From Mobula hypostoma (taxonomy: Eukaryota): a DNA stretch of 64,000 bases. The notes under the pieces were generated by a model. It was not told the DNA's origin and did not search any database. It saw only the letters and a program-made list of their open reading frames with translations. The position numbers and the translations under genes were made by a program. The DNA lies in NCBI RefSeq assembly GCF_963921235.1, contig NC_086097.1, positions 215,452,001-215,516,000 of the forward strand, in the 5' to 3' direction. Shown here one piece after another: positions 51,000 through 64,000 of the stretch (the stretch's first letter is position 1; every line of letters starts with the position of its first letter).

Positions 51000-52060
51000 A
51001 CTAGTGCCAAGCACAATCGCTGAAATCGTTAAACAGGTCTATTAACATTAAAAAAAATTAAAAGCTCAAAAATATTTGATATTAATTTAATTTCATCGCA
51101 ACAAACCAGGATGTATTTAAACTACATCACTGGAATCACAATTATTCTGGATTTCATTTTGCCAAAGTGAAACATGATTATGAACTGCAGCCACCAAGCT
51201 ATAGATAAAAAGTAGATTTTCGTCTTCTGCAATGACTGCCCCTCCCCCCTTCCATATTGGCTTTTCCAGTCTGTGTCTTCCAAATGTATCACAGACATAA
51301 TCCACGCCAGCCACATTGTTGACCTGTTTCGACCTTCACCAAAGGCATTAGATACGTTCAGTCCACTGAATTTGTGCAGTTTGCTTATACAGACGTGCCT
51401 AGATTTCCTTTCTCTGTTCACTGCTCCGCATGAATCTGTTTCACAGCGACATTTTAAAAAATGGCATGGACATACCTTTTAACGAATTTCGCCGTATCAG
51501 GAAAATCGCTACTTATTGATTGCAATATAGACGACGTTTGTTTCTTTCGTATTGAAAGTGAGGGCATTCTTCAACTGTATTTTTTTTAGCAATCATGTGA
51601 AAATAACACCAACAATGATGAGTTGCTGAATAATTTTCACAGTTTTGAAATAACCTCCGGGTGAGCACAAAACAAAATCTTATCTTGTAACTTAATATGT
51701 GGCAAATAATAGAAATGGCGAGGAACACACTCACACTCGTGAAATATCGTATCATTCGATTATAGACCAAAGTAGTGGTAAATGGGTGCATGCTTACAAA
51801 ATAAATCCTTAACTTCGTCTTTAACATCAAATTATCCAACAGTAAGAAAAACCAGAACGAACACCACAATATAAGCATCTATGATTGATGTAAACATGCC
51901 TGAGCTCTTTCATAATCGACGCTTTGGGGCTGAAGCACTCTCGTGCAGTCGGTGCATAGATCGGAGCTCTGCACAAGTGAACATCAAACTGTATCAAGGC
52001 TATTAATAGGAACCAATTCGCACTAACCTTGTGCACGCCTTCGATTCCTTTTTCAGCTGG
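51000..52060. promoter_or_regulatory. CpG-retaining, AT-rich unique segment (candidate unmethylated island / enhancer)
   Basis: Roughly 30 CpGs in ~1.05 kb by eye, versus only a handful per kb in the following unique DNA. No repeat recognised. Confidence 0.5.
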
Positions 52061-52854
52061 GCTTTCATTTCAGTACAACTCCCATCAAAATCAGCTATTT
52101 TATCCTCTTATAATTGAGAATTTTTAACAACTGTCTATTTTGCACAGTTAGTTTATTTATAAACGGTGGTAGAAAATACTGACTTTTGTTGATAGAAAAT
52201 ATATATAAAAGCACCGTATTTTCTCTATACAACGTGGGTTTGAAATTGTTATTTCATAGCTTTGATAATCTGGATCCCATCATTAAAAAAACCAATCAGT
52301 TGTTTTAATATCGAAATCTAATCCTTGGTGGGAAAGCAGATTTGAAAATGTCCTCAAATCTTCAAAATGATTGGAATATGCTTAATTCCGCATTTATACT
52401 GGGTATGCAGCAACAGAAATGATTAAATCCAAAGCATCCAAGAAGATAGCTTTATATAATTACACAAGCAATGGAAAGCAGAGAGAAATTCAGGCAAACA
52501 AGAAAATAGAAGCTCCCACATTCTAAACTACAACTGTCAAATATCCATTTCTTAATCCTTCTAAAGTGTTTTAGTCATTATCTCAAGGATAAGCTTTCAT
52601 TAGGAAGTAAACTGTTGCTTTTGACAAACAAGATGTCACCTTTATTAAAGAAAGGCTGAAGTAAAAATATTGTTTGGTCAAACATTGAAATCAGCCACAG
52701 TAGATTTTTAGTAATTGATTTAACAACACTGTAAGCATATCACTTTAGTAATATATTTCATCAGTTAAACAGTGGCACAAGATTACGGATTTCTAACCAT
52801 TGACTTCACTAGTCAAACAAGTGTTGGTTGGCATACTAGATTTCTGGTTATTGA

Positions 52855-53140
52855 TTCATTCAGAATCAGGTTTAAAATCACTGGCACATTGTGAAATTTG
52901 TTGTTTTGCACCATCAATACAGTGCAATACATTAAAAAACTATAAATTACAATAAGTATACAGTATCTAAAAAATTAAATAAGTAGCATAAAAATAGAGG
53001 AAAAATAATGTAGTGTTCATGGATTCATTGTCCACTCAGAAATCTAATGGCAGAGGGGACAAAGCTGTCCCTGAAATGTTCAATGTGTGTCTTCAGGCTC
53101 CTGTACCTCCTCCCTGATGGTAGGAATGAGAAGGGGTATT
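52855..53140 (-). mobile_element. Rex1/Babar-type LINE 3' end
   Basis: TTCAGAATCAGGTTTAAAATCACTG tail and GTGTCTTCAGGCTCCTGTACCTCCTCCCTGATGG, homologous to 26287-26570. Confidence 0.75.
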
Positions 53141-55246
53141 GGCGCATTGGATTTCAAGCCACTGTTTTCTATGCTGTAGTTAAATAGCAATGTGTGCATA
53201 CTGTCTTCATAATAAAAAGGTGTAAATAAATGAATTCTAAAACAAAACAAATGCATTTGGGCCCTGATTTTGTCATTGGAGTCTATCAATTCAGATGACT
53301 TTACTACAACATGCAAGTCCTAACGATGGGAGTTCATATACTGCCTAAAGGCTGCCCCCACCTTTGGACTACATTAACCTACATGTCCATCATTCCCACA
53401 AAGTAATGGAACATTGCAAGGTTATTGAATGTGAACCTTTGAAATGACATATAGCTGATGCAACTCTATATATCAATATTCATTAGTGCTTACAGTGTTC
53501 AATGAAACATTTCTTTCATAATTTCGGTTGAGTATCTTAAGCTTATAAAAAGTTCATTACCATTAATTAAGCTGTCAATAATTGTAAAATAAACCTTGAT
53601 TTAGAAATTTGAAGGAAATAAACTAAGAAGGTAACTAATTTTAAAAATTATGCTTAGTGTGGTATACTGGCATCAGGTTAGCAAAGAAATTGGATTGAAT
53701 TTTGAATAGCATGTTTTTAGCCATCTCAGACTGATGTTGTAAATTTAACTTTATTATTATAATAAGTACTTCTAGTTACAAATTATATATTTTAAACACT
53801 TCTTTTGCAGCTTTGAGACAGAAATCCCTTCAATCTTAGTTCATAAAAGCTTCATAAAAATTTAATAGTTTACAAAATTTTTATCCGTTAAATTCTTCCA
53901 TGAAATGGCCTGTTCATTAAAAATCTTATAGGATCTGAGACTCATTTACCCGGTTTCGGTCACTCAGCGAATCCAACTGTCTCCTGAGATATATTGTCTC
54001 AGGTCAACTCTGGTAGTAACCTGACCACTGATGTTAATAAATCCTTGCAACTTCATGACAAACACAATTTATCACCTCCTGTATTTTTATATAAAATAAC
54101 TATTATTCTATAAATATGCAATTCTATTTTAAATCATTAATGTTAATTAAAATACCAATATAAATATGACTTCCCAGTAGTTAATGCTTTACGTTTTTCC
54201 ATATGTAGATATCAACTATTGAGAAAACATTGTCAATTATTCAAAACTCATTCCAAATAAATATACATTTTTTTTAGTTTGCTTGATTTTATATTACTCC
54301 TTTGATTCAAACCATTTTAATCAGAATACAACTACATGCCCGTGGCTCGGCAATTATTTCAATAAGATTATAAAGAAGGAAAGTAATTCCTTTTGTGAGC
54401 TTCACCATAATATAATAAAACTTACACGATGCTCAAGATGGTTCAGTTTCCATGTCCATTATGAACATATGGGCAATGCAGGAAATTACCACCAAAGTAA
54501 ATAATCAATTTTGCTATTATTCAATGCAAAGGAGGTACAAGGGACTGACCGACCTTTTTTTGTTTTCTTGTGCTTTGTTTGTAAAATGAATAGACATATT
54601 TGCAATATAAATTACATTGCATCAAAACATAATTGAATTTTTTTTTTAATTTTTCAAAAATATCAAATCCAGTCTTATTTTTAAAAAAACTTTTCAAAAT
54701 TCAATGTTTAGCTGTTCCATTTGGAACACCGGTTGTCAGGCAAAATCAGAGATCAAGGATTATGGGTGGGCAGGAGAATGCAAAATAGTTATTATTGAAC
54801 ATAGTACAAAAACAAATATTCACATGAAATTGTTAAATGTTCACCTTAAAGAATGGAGCATAGAATAATTTGGACTTTAACTGTTGTGCATAAATAATGT
54901 TTTTGTCTATGCTTCTTGCTGATCATCGACTGTGGCTCTTCCAGTGCTGGGAACATATTTTTCCTGTTTGTAACAGACATGGATTCAACGTAAGCAACAT
55001 TTTTTTTTCAGAACTACCTTCGTTTGTCACTTTACTAATTCCCTACTCTCAAATCAATGTTAAATCCAGTGTTTGAATTAAGTTGGAAATTGAGCATGAA
55101 TGTCATGTCTTCACTAAAGAAGTGATTACTTAAACTCAATCATTCTCAGTTTCATTATAAGCATCAATGCTGGAACAATACTGATCTAGGAAAGTGAGAT
55201 ACTGCCAAATTTTCTTATTGTTTGCACACATAATGTATGTTTTTGC

Positions 55247-55254
55247 GTGAGTGT

Positions 55255-55302
<48 letters not shown>
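55247..55302. repeat. (GT)n microsatellite
   Basis: Perfect (GT)21 at 55261-55302 with an imperfect left extension. Confidence 0.98.
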
Positions 55303-55304
<2 letters not shown>

Positions 55305-58300
55305 ATGTACTTATGTGCGTAACCATATAGTTGTATGCACTGGTCTCCTTAGCTGGAGAAAAAGATACTCGCTTGGTATCTGTGTGCAGTGTGACCATCC
55401 CCTTTGAATGGATAAACTTGATTCATTTTAAGAGACAACATTTCATTATAGCACTCAAAACATTGATGTCAGACACCAATAAGGACAGGTTTTGTAAAGT
55501 GTCCGCAGCAAATCACTTTAATTTCTTTATTTTAAATGGCCAGCTGTCCAGTCCAGTGTGGGGGTTTTTAAGTGACTTCTGGACTATAATAGCTTAAGCA
55601 GTTTACAATATAACCTATAGAGAATGAATGCTTTCTATTACATTATCTCCTGGAAATAATATTACATGCCATTATAACATTTCACAACAGAAAGATGAAT
55701 GCAGAAACTATACCTGACAATTTTGTGTGAATTGCCTTTAAAGCAGCTTACTCACTGCACTTTATGGCTTTATTACACTTTCCTTATTTACAACATTGTA
55801 ATTTCACATAGAACCCAAATTATTTTTCATAGTTACATAAAAAGAAATAGCTATGCAGTGCATGTTAGAAAACATGGGGTTAATTGAAAGAGACTACAAG
55901 CAGAAAGAACGAGACTTAAAATTTCAAATAACAACTACCACATTTATCCCCAGGTTGAAGACTTCTTTCATTTTCCAGCCTTTCAAAACCAAAATTAACC
56001 ATTGGGACATGCAGAATTTGTTAAGATAACAGCCCATTTTCTCAGTCACAACATTCACTCCTCAAATACAAAGACTGATTTTTCAGTTTCGCATGACAAG
56101 GAAATTAACGGTATCTCAGTTCATTTTTAATCATTGGATTTGATCGTTATATCCTCAAGAAATGCAAAGTTAGCCTTTTATCTTATTATGCTGTTCGGAA
56201 ATTGACTTAAATGCTGAACTTCACTATAGTAGCTGTCTTGGTGCATAATTTGTACAAAGATGTGAATATTATTTAGTTATTCATAAATCTGAGTGAAAGC
56301 ATCCAACTTGAACGTGATCATGCACAGTGTCTTCTTACTACAATGGCATTGACATGATTATATAGGCTTATAGTAATTTTTAAAAATGTGTTATAATTGC
56401 TCTTACACCCTGAACTATAGTTTCTATTAATATAAATGTGTAAAAACTATTCTTGTTGCTCCTGGAACCCTTTAGAAAGAGACACGTTATGCTTTCCAAA
56501 TAGTTATTTATCTAACCTTTACAATAATGAATTATGTAAAGTTCTTATGAATTGGAAGCAAGGGACATTACTATTCACATAACAAAGTAAAATATTGTAT
56601 TTATATTCTTTTATGCAGTTTTATTATTCATATTGCTATTGATGTTAGAAAAATAATTACATTTGAATAAACTGTTCCTCTCATTGAACTTTATACCAGA
56701 AATTTCAGTATTTTATATTCAAAGAAACTCTTGCTCCTTGATTGTGTGCTCCCATTCCTTATTTTGCTTTACAGCCACCTCCTTGTGTTTACAACCCACG
56801 GACCTCCATCTGTAAAAATAAAAATATAAGGCAAACACTTATTCTTTGACCCCAATGCACAGTTTTATCATTTAGTTTATTTCTGAAACTCTGTGCTGTC
56901 ACAATAAAATAACAATTTATTACTCCCATACTTGAATTAAGTATAGCTTAACAAAGTCCAACTTTGTTAAATTTTGCTAGCGAAAATATATTAGGACAGT
57001 GGTTGCCAGACAGTTTGAATTGCAAAGTTTTTCTTTTCTGCCTTTTGCATATAACCGTTGTATCTTAACTAAGAGATATGGTGATGTTACAGACTGGGGA
57101 ACAGTTCTGATGAGATTCTTTTCCTTCTAAAATGACTGAAGCCATCAAAAAATTTAAATGATGACTAGAAACTTAAGTTATCATATTCATCAGATCTTGC
57201 AAATAAAATTTCAAAAAATATATTATAAATTAAATTTTGATACAGACTATCAGGTAATCACCAGTAAATTGGGTTTAATTTGCATATTGTCTAACAACCA
57301 TATTTAGAAAAACTGCTCCAATTAATAATTTATTTTATACAAGCAAATCAAATAAGTTTGGGAAGGCCCAGATGCTACTTTGAATATTTCACTGAACCCT
57401 TTGTCAGCCATTTTGAATGCACTAGACAATGCAAAGAATTATCGACAGCAAGTCTGTTAAATGTAACAGTACAGGCGTGGCTGACAGTCATTATGAGAAT
57501 GTCAGTGGATGTTTTCGGCTCTCTACAAAGAACTGCATTGCAGCGAGGAAATAAAATGTGGAATAAAATCTAAAAAAAAGGAGGGCTAATTCTTTTCTTC
57601 GAGGGGTCTGTTGGAGATGCAGAAATATGGAGAAATTAAAAAAAAAGGAGAAACGTTGATAACTCTATAGTCTTGGGCTCATACTTACATGGTTCATGTA
57701 TATACTTTTCTACTGCACAAATGAACATTTTGCAGGGAACTGCTGTTATATTTCAGATGCTATTGATATACACAGTATTTCAACACAAGAAACAGTTTCA
57801 TTTAATTTCTTTATTTTTCAGCTTTCTCTTTAACTTCCCCTAAGCTGTACCTCGTTCTGAACTAATGGAAAGCCATTCCTAAAACCCTCACAGAGCCATT
57901 TTGGAGCTGGCTCCCATGATATGCAAATAGTAGCTCTGACAATTCAGTCTCCAATTTGCCTACCTTTTCTTCTGAGTGCACTGAACATCCAATGTGGATC
58001 TCTGCCTGAACCGAGCAAGGTTTTAAGTATCCAAAGGTGAAAACAGAAGTATAGCCTAACATTTGATAATATGATGAATGGACTTCCAGTGGCATAAAAG
58101 AAGTATAAATGAAATGTTTTTATTTACATAAATTATCAACTGCAAAGTATAATTTGATATACTTACAGAAGTACAGAAAAGTCAGCAAAGAAAAAGCCAA
58201 GAAATTTCTCTAAATTTTAAAGAATTTTGGAGATATCTAACCCATTCCCACTCCCCAGCATTCCCTGTGAGGAAGCTCCAGGATCTTCTCAGATCAACAC

Positions 58301-61300
58301 ATATATGTTAGGTATTTTATTTTAAAGGGCTAATGTGTCCTTGTATAAATGGTACCAATTTGTAGCTTCAAGCTCAATGAAGAGTAGAATTCACATTTCT
58401 TTCTACTTAGATGTAAGATCATTTGAGGATAATTATATGACTTTTTTATATATAGAATGAGTCTTCTTTTTTCTGCATGTTATTTTATGCATGGCAAAGC
58501 AACCAATGTTTACGTACACATTTAATGTTCTTACTAAGGTAGTAATTCTCAATGAAATATTTATATTTGAAAGTAGCCAATTTTAAAATACTCCAATAAG
58601 AATCAACATATCTAAGGGAGGGGCTAAGAAATGTGAATTAATCATGTCTGTAAAATACTTAATTATGCAACTATGTGATGAGGTAACGAATCCCTTTGTT
58701 AGGATGATAAACGTCAAAAATCAAACTCTAAACAGATGCTTCCGAAACCCTATTAAATTGTCTCTAAAAATATTGAAAAGGTGTTTATAGGAAACTAAAA
58801 AATTCAAAATAGACCAAAGTTTCCAGAAAATTACAGTTGTAAATTATAAGTCACAGCAACTAAGACAAAAAATTGTTTTCAAAATGTCCATTAATGCGAA
58901 CTGTTTTTTAAATGATCTTGAAAATGCAAATTTTCATGGCTGAATATATTTTAAATCTTATCCGCCTATGACGCTATCTTCCCCAAATTTTAGGGCATTT
59001 TAATAAATAAAAGTTAAAGCAGAATTTGCATCTCCATGCAATATATATCTAATACACGTGTCTTAACAAGAAGTATAACAGGAAATAGGAAGCGAGTGGG
59101 TCCAATGTCAAGTGAAAGTCATAATCTAGTTTTCTGCTGTCCTCCTGTTGTGACAGAAATAGCTAACGGTTTGGAGGAAGGAGAATATTAAAGATGCACA
59201 AGTGTATTCGTGCGACAGAGATTAGGGCAAATGCAGAGAGGATTACCAAACTGCCTTCTGTGTGTCTCCTGCATTTGTCAACAAACCAAGGGCTTTTGGA
59301 CCAAAACAAAGATTAGAATCCTTAATCGGCCTAAGAGTTTGCATGGAAATAACCTTCAGCACTGGGATAGATGATAGAGTAGGGGGGTTGGGGGATGTGG
59401 TAAGTTGCATTAACATCTGATTTACTGCAGTACCATAAAGCTGAATGCACATACTGGGCTATGTCATTTCCAATTATTAAGAGGAGAGATTAAGTGCCTT
59501 GTCAGCTTTTTCAACCCTGCAGCAAGAACAAAGCTTTTACCAATCAGGTGAAACTGCTGCAGTTTTGACTGCTGTGGTAGAATGGTGCACTGTGTACACG
59601 CGCACTGTTTGTTGTTTCACAAAACAACGTGGAGAGTAGGAGGGTGTCAATGTAGCATGAAAAGGGAGGTGAATACTACATCTGAAATAATGTGGTAAAC
59701 TGCTATGGTACTGTAAGTACTGGCACAAGAAAAGGAGATTGAGCGGTCTTGCCGCATTGCACTCTCTCTACTGCATTCCATTAAGTCAATGGATCAGACC
59801 ATTCACAGGGAATGCAGGGGTTCTGCTAAACAAAAACCTGGCCTAGTTGTTGAAACCACATTGCTAATAGTGCGTTAAAGATAACAAAATCTTTTTTTTA
59901 TTAAGCTATTAAGTTCTCTGTTTTGTAACAATAAGCATTCCATGTATTTTCTACTTGATGATCTCTATTTTCTCTACAGATTGCTTTATTATGACTACAT
60001 TTGATTTCCAGCATGACTTTGCTTTATTATAAAACCCTGGTTTTCTGCAAAAATTTAGATTTCAAACAAGGGAAGTGCAGTCTAATAATGCAAAAAAAAA
60101 AGAATACTGAATCATTTGTAAGACTGCACTTAATTAAACATCTGTAAATTTTAAGTGCTTTGAAAATGATATCAGACAAAGGAAACTATTGGATCATTCT
60201 GTGAGTAAAACAATTCCATTCTTTCTCTGAATCCAGCATTTAATTAGGAATAACAAAGTATTGAGGTACACAATACAAGGTTAAAATACTTGCATTTGTT
60301 GGATGTTGCCGTATTAATCAATGTCCTCTTTCTTTTGCAATGGTAGCTGTATCCCCAAACTCACAAGGACAGTGGCACCACCATTATAGATACTGCTTTG
60401 TATAATGAAAGCAGAGATGTGACTGACATTGAGTGTACATTTCCACTTGATATCAAGCTGCAAAGGATTTCATCATATTGTGTGAACTGTTTAAATCAAT
60501 GGGTGTATCAGAGGCAATACTACTTGTTGTCATTTGATATCCAGTCCCACAGCACAACCAAATTAATGAGCATTCATACCAGAGCTTGAGCTACCGGAAA
60601 AGCATCATTATTTAACTAAGACTTTTGATATTTTGTTCTAAGAATTAAGTTAGTTCTAATTAAGTAATATGCAAATATCAAGCTTGTGAATGTCAAATAC
60701 TGGGGTGGAGTCACACTATTGCTCTCAAACTCGATTATTAACATTAAAACTGAGGTGAGGTGAGGTGAGTTTTCCTGAAGTGGAGGAGATTTGCATTTTG
60801 CCTGGCTTCAATCACCCTTTGGAGGTTTTATTATCCCCAAGTTCTGGACATATTTCCTAGTGTGATAACGCCAATTTTTGGGACTAACAAGTTCAGGAAA
60901 AGGTAAGTACGTATCAGTCAGATCTGGCAAGTGCATACTTTCTGCAAAAACGAGTTCTATCGAGAAATTACGGGAGATATTCAGGATTTTAATCTGAATA
61001 ATTTTAATCAGCAATATGTTAAAATGCATAGATAAATAGTACATACCATATATTATCTAATAACTAAAACTGATAGCTTATAGATACAAACCCAAGACAA
61101 CATCAGTTTGACCTTCAAACTAAATGTATTTCCATAGTTGTTCTATTAAACTATTGTTATGTTTAGAAGTATATAATACACAGCTTGTTTATTAAATCAA
61201 TGTATTATTAGTTCCATCGTGGTCCATTACACTGCTAAAATATACAAAAGATGATATAAATATCGGCGGTGTTCTTCAAGATATGGTTTATTAACTTTTA

Positions 61301-64000
61301 TTTAGATGATGGCTGAAAATAGATTTCATTGTTTTACTGTGTTTGTATAGAGAGCTAATATCAGAGCTAAATGTACACTATTATTTCACTACTATGAATG
61401 AACATACTTTTATCTAATTAATACTACATTAACAATTGCAGTGCCAATGCTGATAAAATCATTCAATCATGAAAAAAGTGAAACTCTCTTTTCTGAGCTT
61501 GAAAGGCCATTTATGTGTTAGATCTTTCTAATTTCTGCCTTTTGTTCTAACCTTAAAATAAGTTTAAGAAAAAGCCATCACAAATAATACTCAATGCTCT
61601 GAAATATAGAAAGAAGTGTGCGCCAATGGAGTTGATTTGCACCAATGTGCAAAGCTTTAGTTAGCGAAGAAAATATTACAGCTGATAATATAAATGACCT
61701 AATCTCAAATGCTCAAGATTGAATTGCTTAGTCTAATAGTTAATCCTTTTTTAAATGTTAATCAATGATACAATTTTTTGATACGTGTGCATCCACTTCG
61801 TGAGAACTTGCCAATGAAATGATTACTCTCTGTCTTTCAGAACTCCATCAAGAGAAAATAGTAAAGAGAAAGAACAAAGCAAAGGAAAATGAGGGAAATC
61901 ATGGCAACAATTTTGTTAAATTATGGAGAAATGAATCCAAATTCATTCCAAATTTTTGATTTTTCTCATAGATGTATAACTTGTCAAACAGAATGGGGAT
62001 GAAGAACTCTGTTGCTATCTGAGTCATTTTTGATGTCAGTATCCTATATGGAAAGTAACTACAAGCTCATCAGGAGTTAGTTGACCCTGTTTCTTACCTG
62101 CATCCCCCCAGTTTTCAGTAAATGTATGGCTTTCATGTGAAACTATTGTGCAAGAAACTTTGGTGAAGATGACAATTTATAATGCATGTTGTACTGCACA
62201 GACCATGATGTACAGTAGAAGCATCAGCTGAGAACATCAGACTATTTTGTCCAATGTAATATGCTTACTATCATTTGATCTTTTGTTTCCTTAATGAGCA
62301 CATTTAACTCCAAAGTTTTAGCCAACTTTAAGTTTTATTTTGTGTATTTGCATTGATTTATGTTTTAAAAGGTACACCATATAAGATAGGCCTTTATTTA
62401 TGTTAAAGGACTGCATATATGCAGTACTCTTTATTATGCTGGGCTACACTAATGTTCAGCAAGCTTCCATAAACAACTATGATATGATGATGAGAAAATC
62501 AGCTTTGTGACATTGATCAAAGAATAAATAGCGTTTAGGGTTTGACGAAATGCCTCTGATCTTTTAAATAGTGCTATGGGATATTTTACTTCTATTTTAA
62601 GAAGTAAACATGGTTTTGATTTAAGGATCTGAAATGCACAAAATTATGTTCATAAACAATCTGGAATATTCCTCTATCTGCTAATATTATGGAAATGCTT
62701 GAGCATAATTGTTTTCATAATTTATTCGCACATTTTGCTTTTATCTTTCTTGAAGCAATCTTTTGTTATCATTCTTGAGTAGAGGCATTGCATAAATCAA
62801 CATCATAAATGCTTAATAAAAAGGTATACTAATAACATTTCATGCTTTGTTAAATATAAATTCTACACTTTTACAGCAATCTGGGTATCTATACACCAAT
62901 TTGCTCATTTTTAAACTGTTTTCCTATGTCATACTCTGACTTTGCTCAGGAGAATGGAGAGTACCTGTTCACATCTATGGTGCCACAATCTCTAAAGAGC
63001 TGGCCTTTAAAGTTTTGAAACATAGGATGAAGAGCATTAAAGTTTTAAGTATAATTAAATATATCTGATACCAAGTCAAAAAGTAAGTTCCAGGAAATCT
63101 AATGCATCAGTTATAGGAGACTTGTACCATATGAGAATTACTTTAAAGTCATTGTAAAGATGAAAATGCTCTAATATTTCCAACTTTCAATATGCTATTG
63201 AATGGGATTAATCATCTTGATCAAGTTTTTCTGGTCGAATCACTTATTTGTCCAGCAAAACCTAGCTTATACCAGCATGGAACTAATATCATAATTCCAC
63301 TCGTGGAACAAATTTACAACTATTTCTGCAAAATAGGTTTGCCAAATTGGTGGCATTTAAAAGGTTGAGTCCATTGATCTGAATCTGTCACTTTAAGACT
63401 TGCTGTGCTTATAACAGTCAGTAAAATGGAACAGAGAAATTGAATAGTAGCTACAACAGCCACTGAAGAGAAGTCACATGTTAAATGTAAGGATTATTTA
63501 AAGCAAGCTACTCTAAAAAAAAGTAAACGATTTAGCACGTGCTGCTTTTGTTATTCCCAAATCACATCTTGCAGATTTGCCTGGCTTCTCTGACAATATA
63601 GAGGGAGCATCCATTAATGCCTTTTGCACAGCACCCACATAATGAATAGGCAATGCTCATTCATGGCAATTATCTTGGGACATTTGGAGCTTCCCTCTGC
63701 ACAATCAGGACATTTACATAGAGCATGTCATGTTGAGGTGACAAATTTTCCAGGACAGTATTACCATCTGTCACCAACTGAGCTCTGTGGCACCCAGGGT
63801 CTTACCAAATAAGCTCGGGCCCCATGCATGATAAAAGTATTGATATTTCTGACTGTTTAATTCCCTACCTGTGTTCACCCAACATCAAGTGAGATCAAAT
63901 GAGCAACTAGCTTTGTATTAAAACAGACTAATGCAGTGAAAGGCAATCGGACCCGTGTACCTTTTTCTGTTTGCAAGAGATGACAATCATGGCTTGATAC

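Noticed and set aside
51885..51960. TGTAAACATGCC resembling the start of miR-30
   Set aside because: The match does not extend beyond the seed region and no complementary hairpin arm is visible.

Overview
Eukaryotic (vertebrate) non-coding DNA, most likely from a cartilaginous fish such as a ray or skate. This is inferred from the repeat landscape: abundant CR1 LINEs with (TTTCTATG)n tails, V-domain tRNA SINEs, Rex1/Babar LINEs, Tc1 elements and Penelope-like elements. No host protein-coding gene could be identified. All long ORFs derive from retroelements or transposons, or are antisense shadows of them. Main contents: (1) three near-identical young 5'-truncated CR1 copies (1-2350, 28246-29633, 49176-50988); (2) several older CR1 copies, two of which retain the ORF1 SGNH-esterase region; (3) a nested cluster at 34.1-37.4 kb; (4) two Tc1 remnants; (5) Penelope-like (PLE) remnants with GIY-YIG sequence. 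The most notable signal is a pair of tiny TSD-flanked palindromic PLE insertions (3346-3446 and 9859-10081) sharing the same asymmetric ends; the larger one carries a recognisable minimal type I hammerhead ribozyme (9983-10016). Two long TE-poor tracts (about 10.5-21.9 kb and 51-64 kb) contain a CpG-retaining island and candidate regulatory elements. Repeat family names come from my recognition of motifs, not database searches, and many boundaries are approximate.
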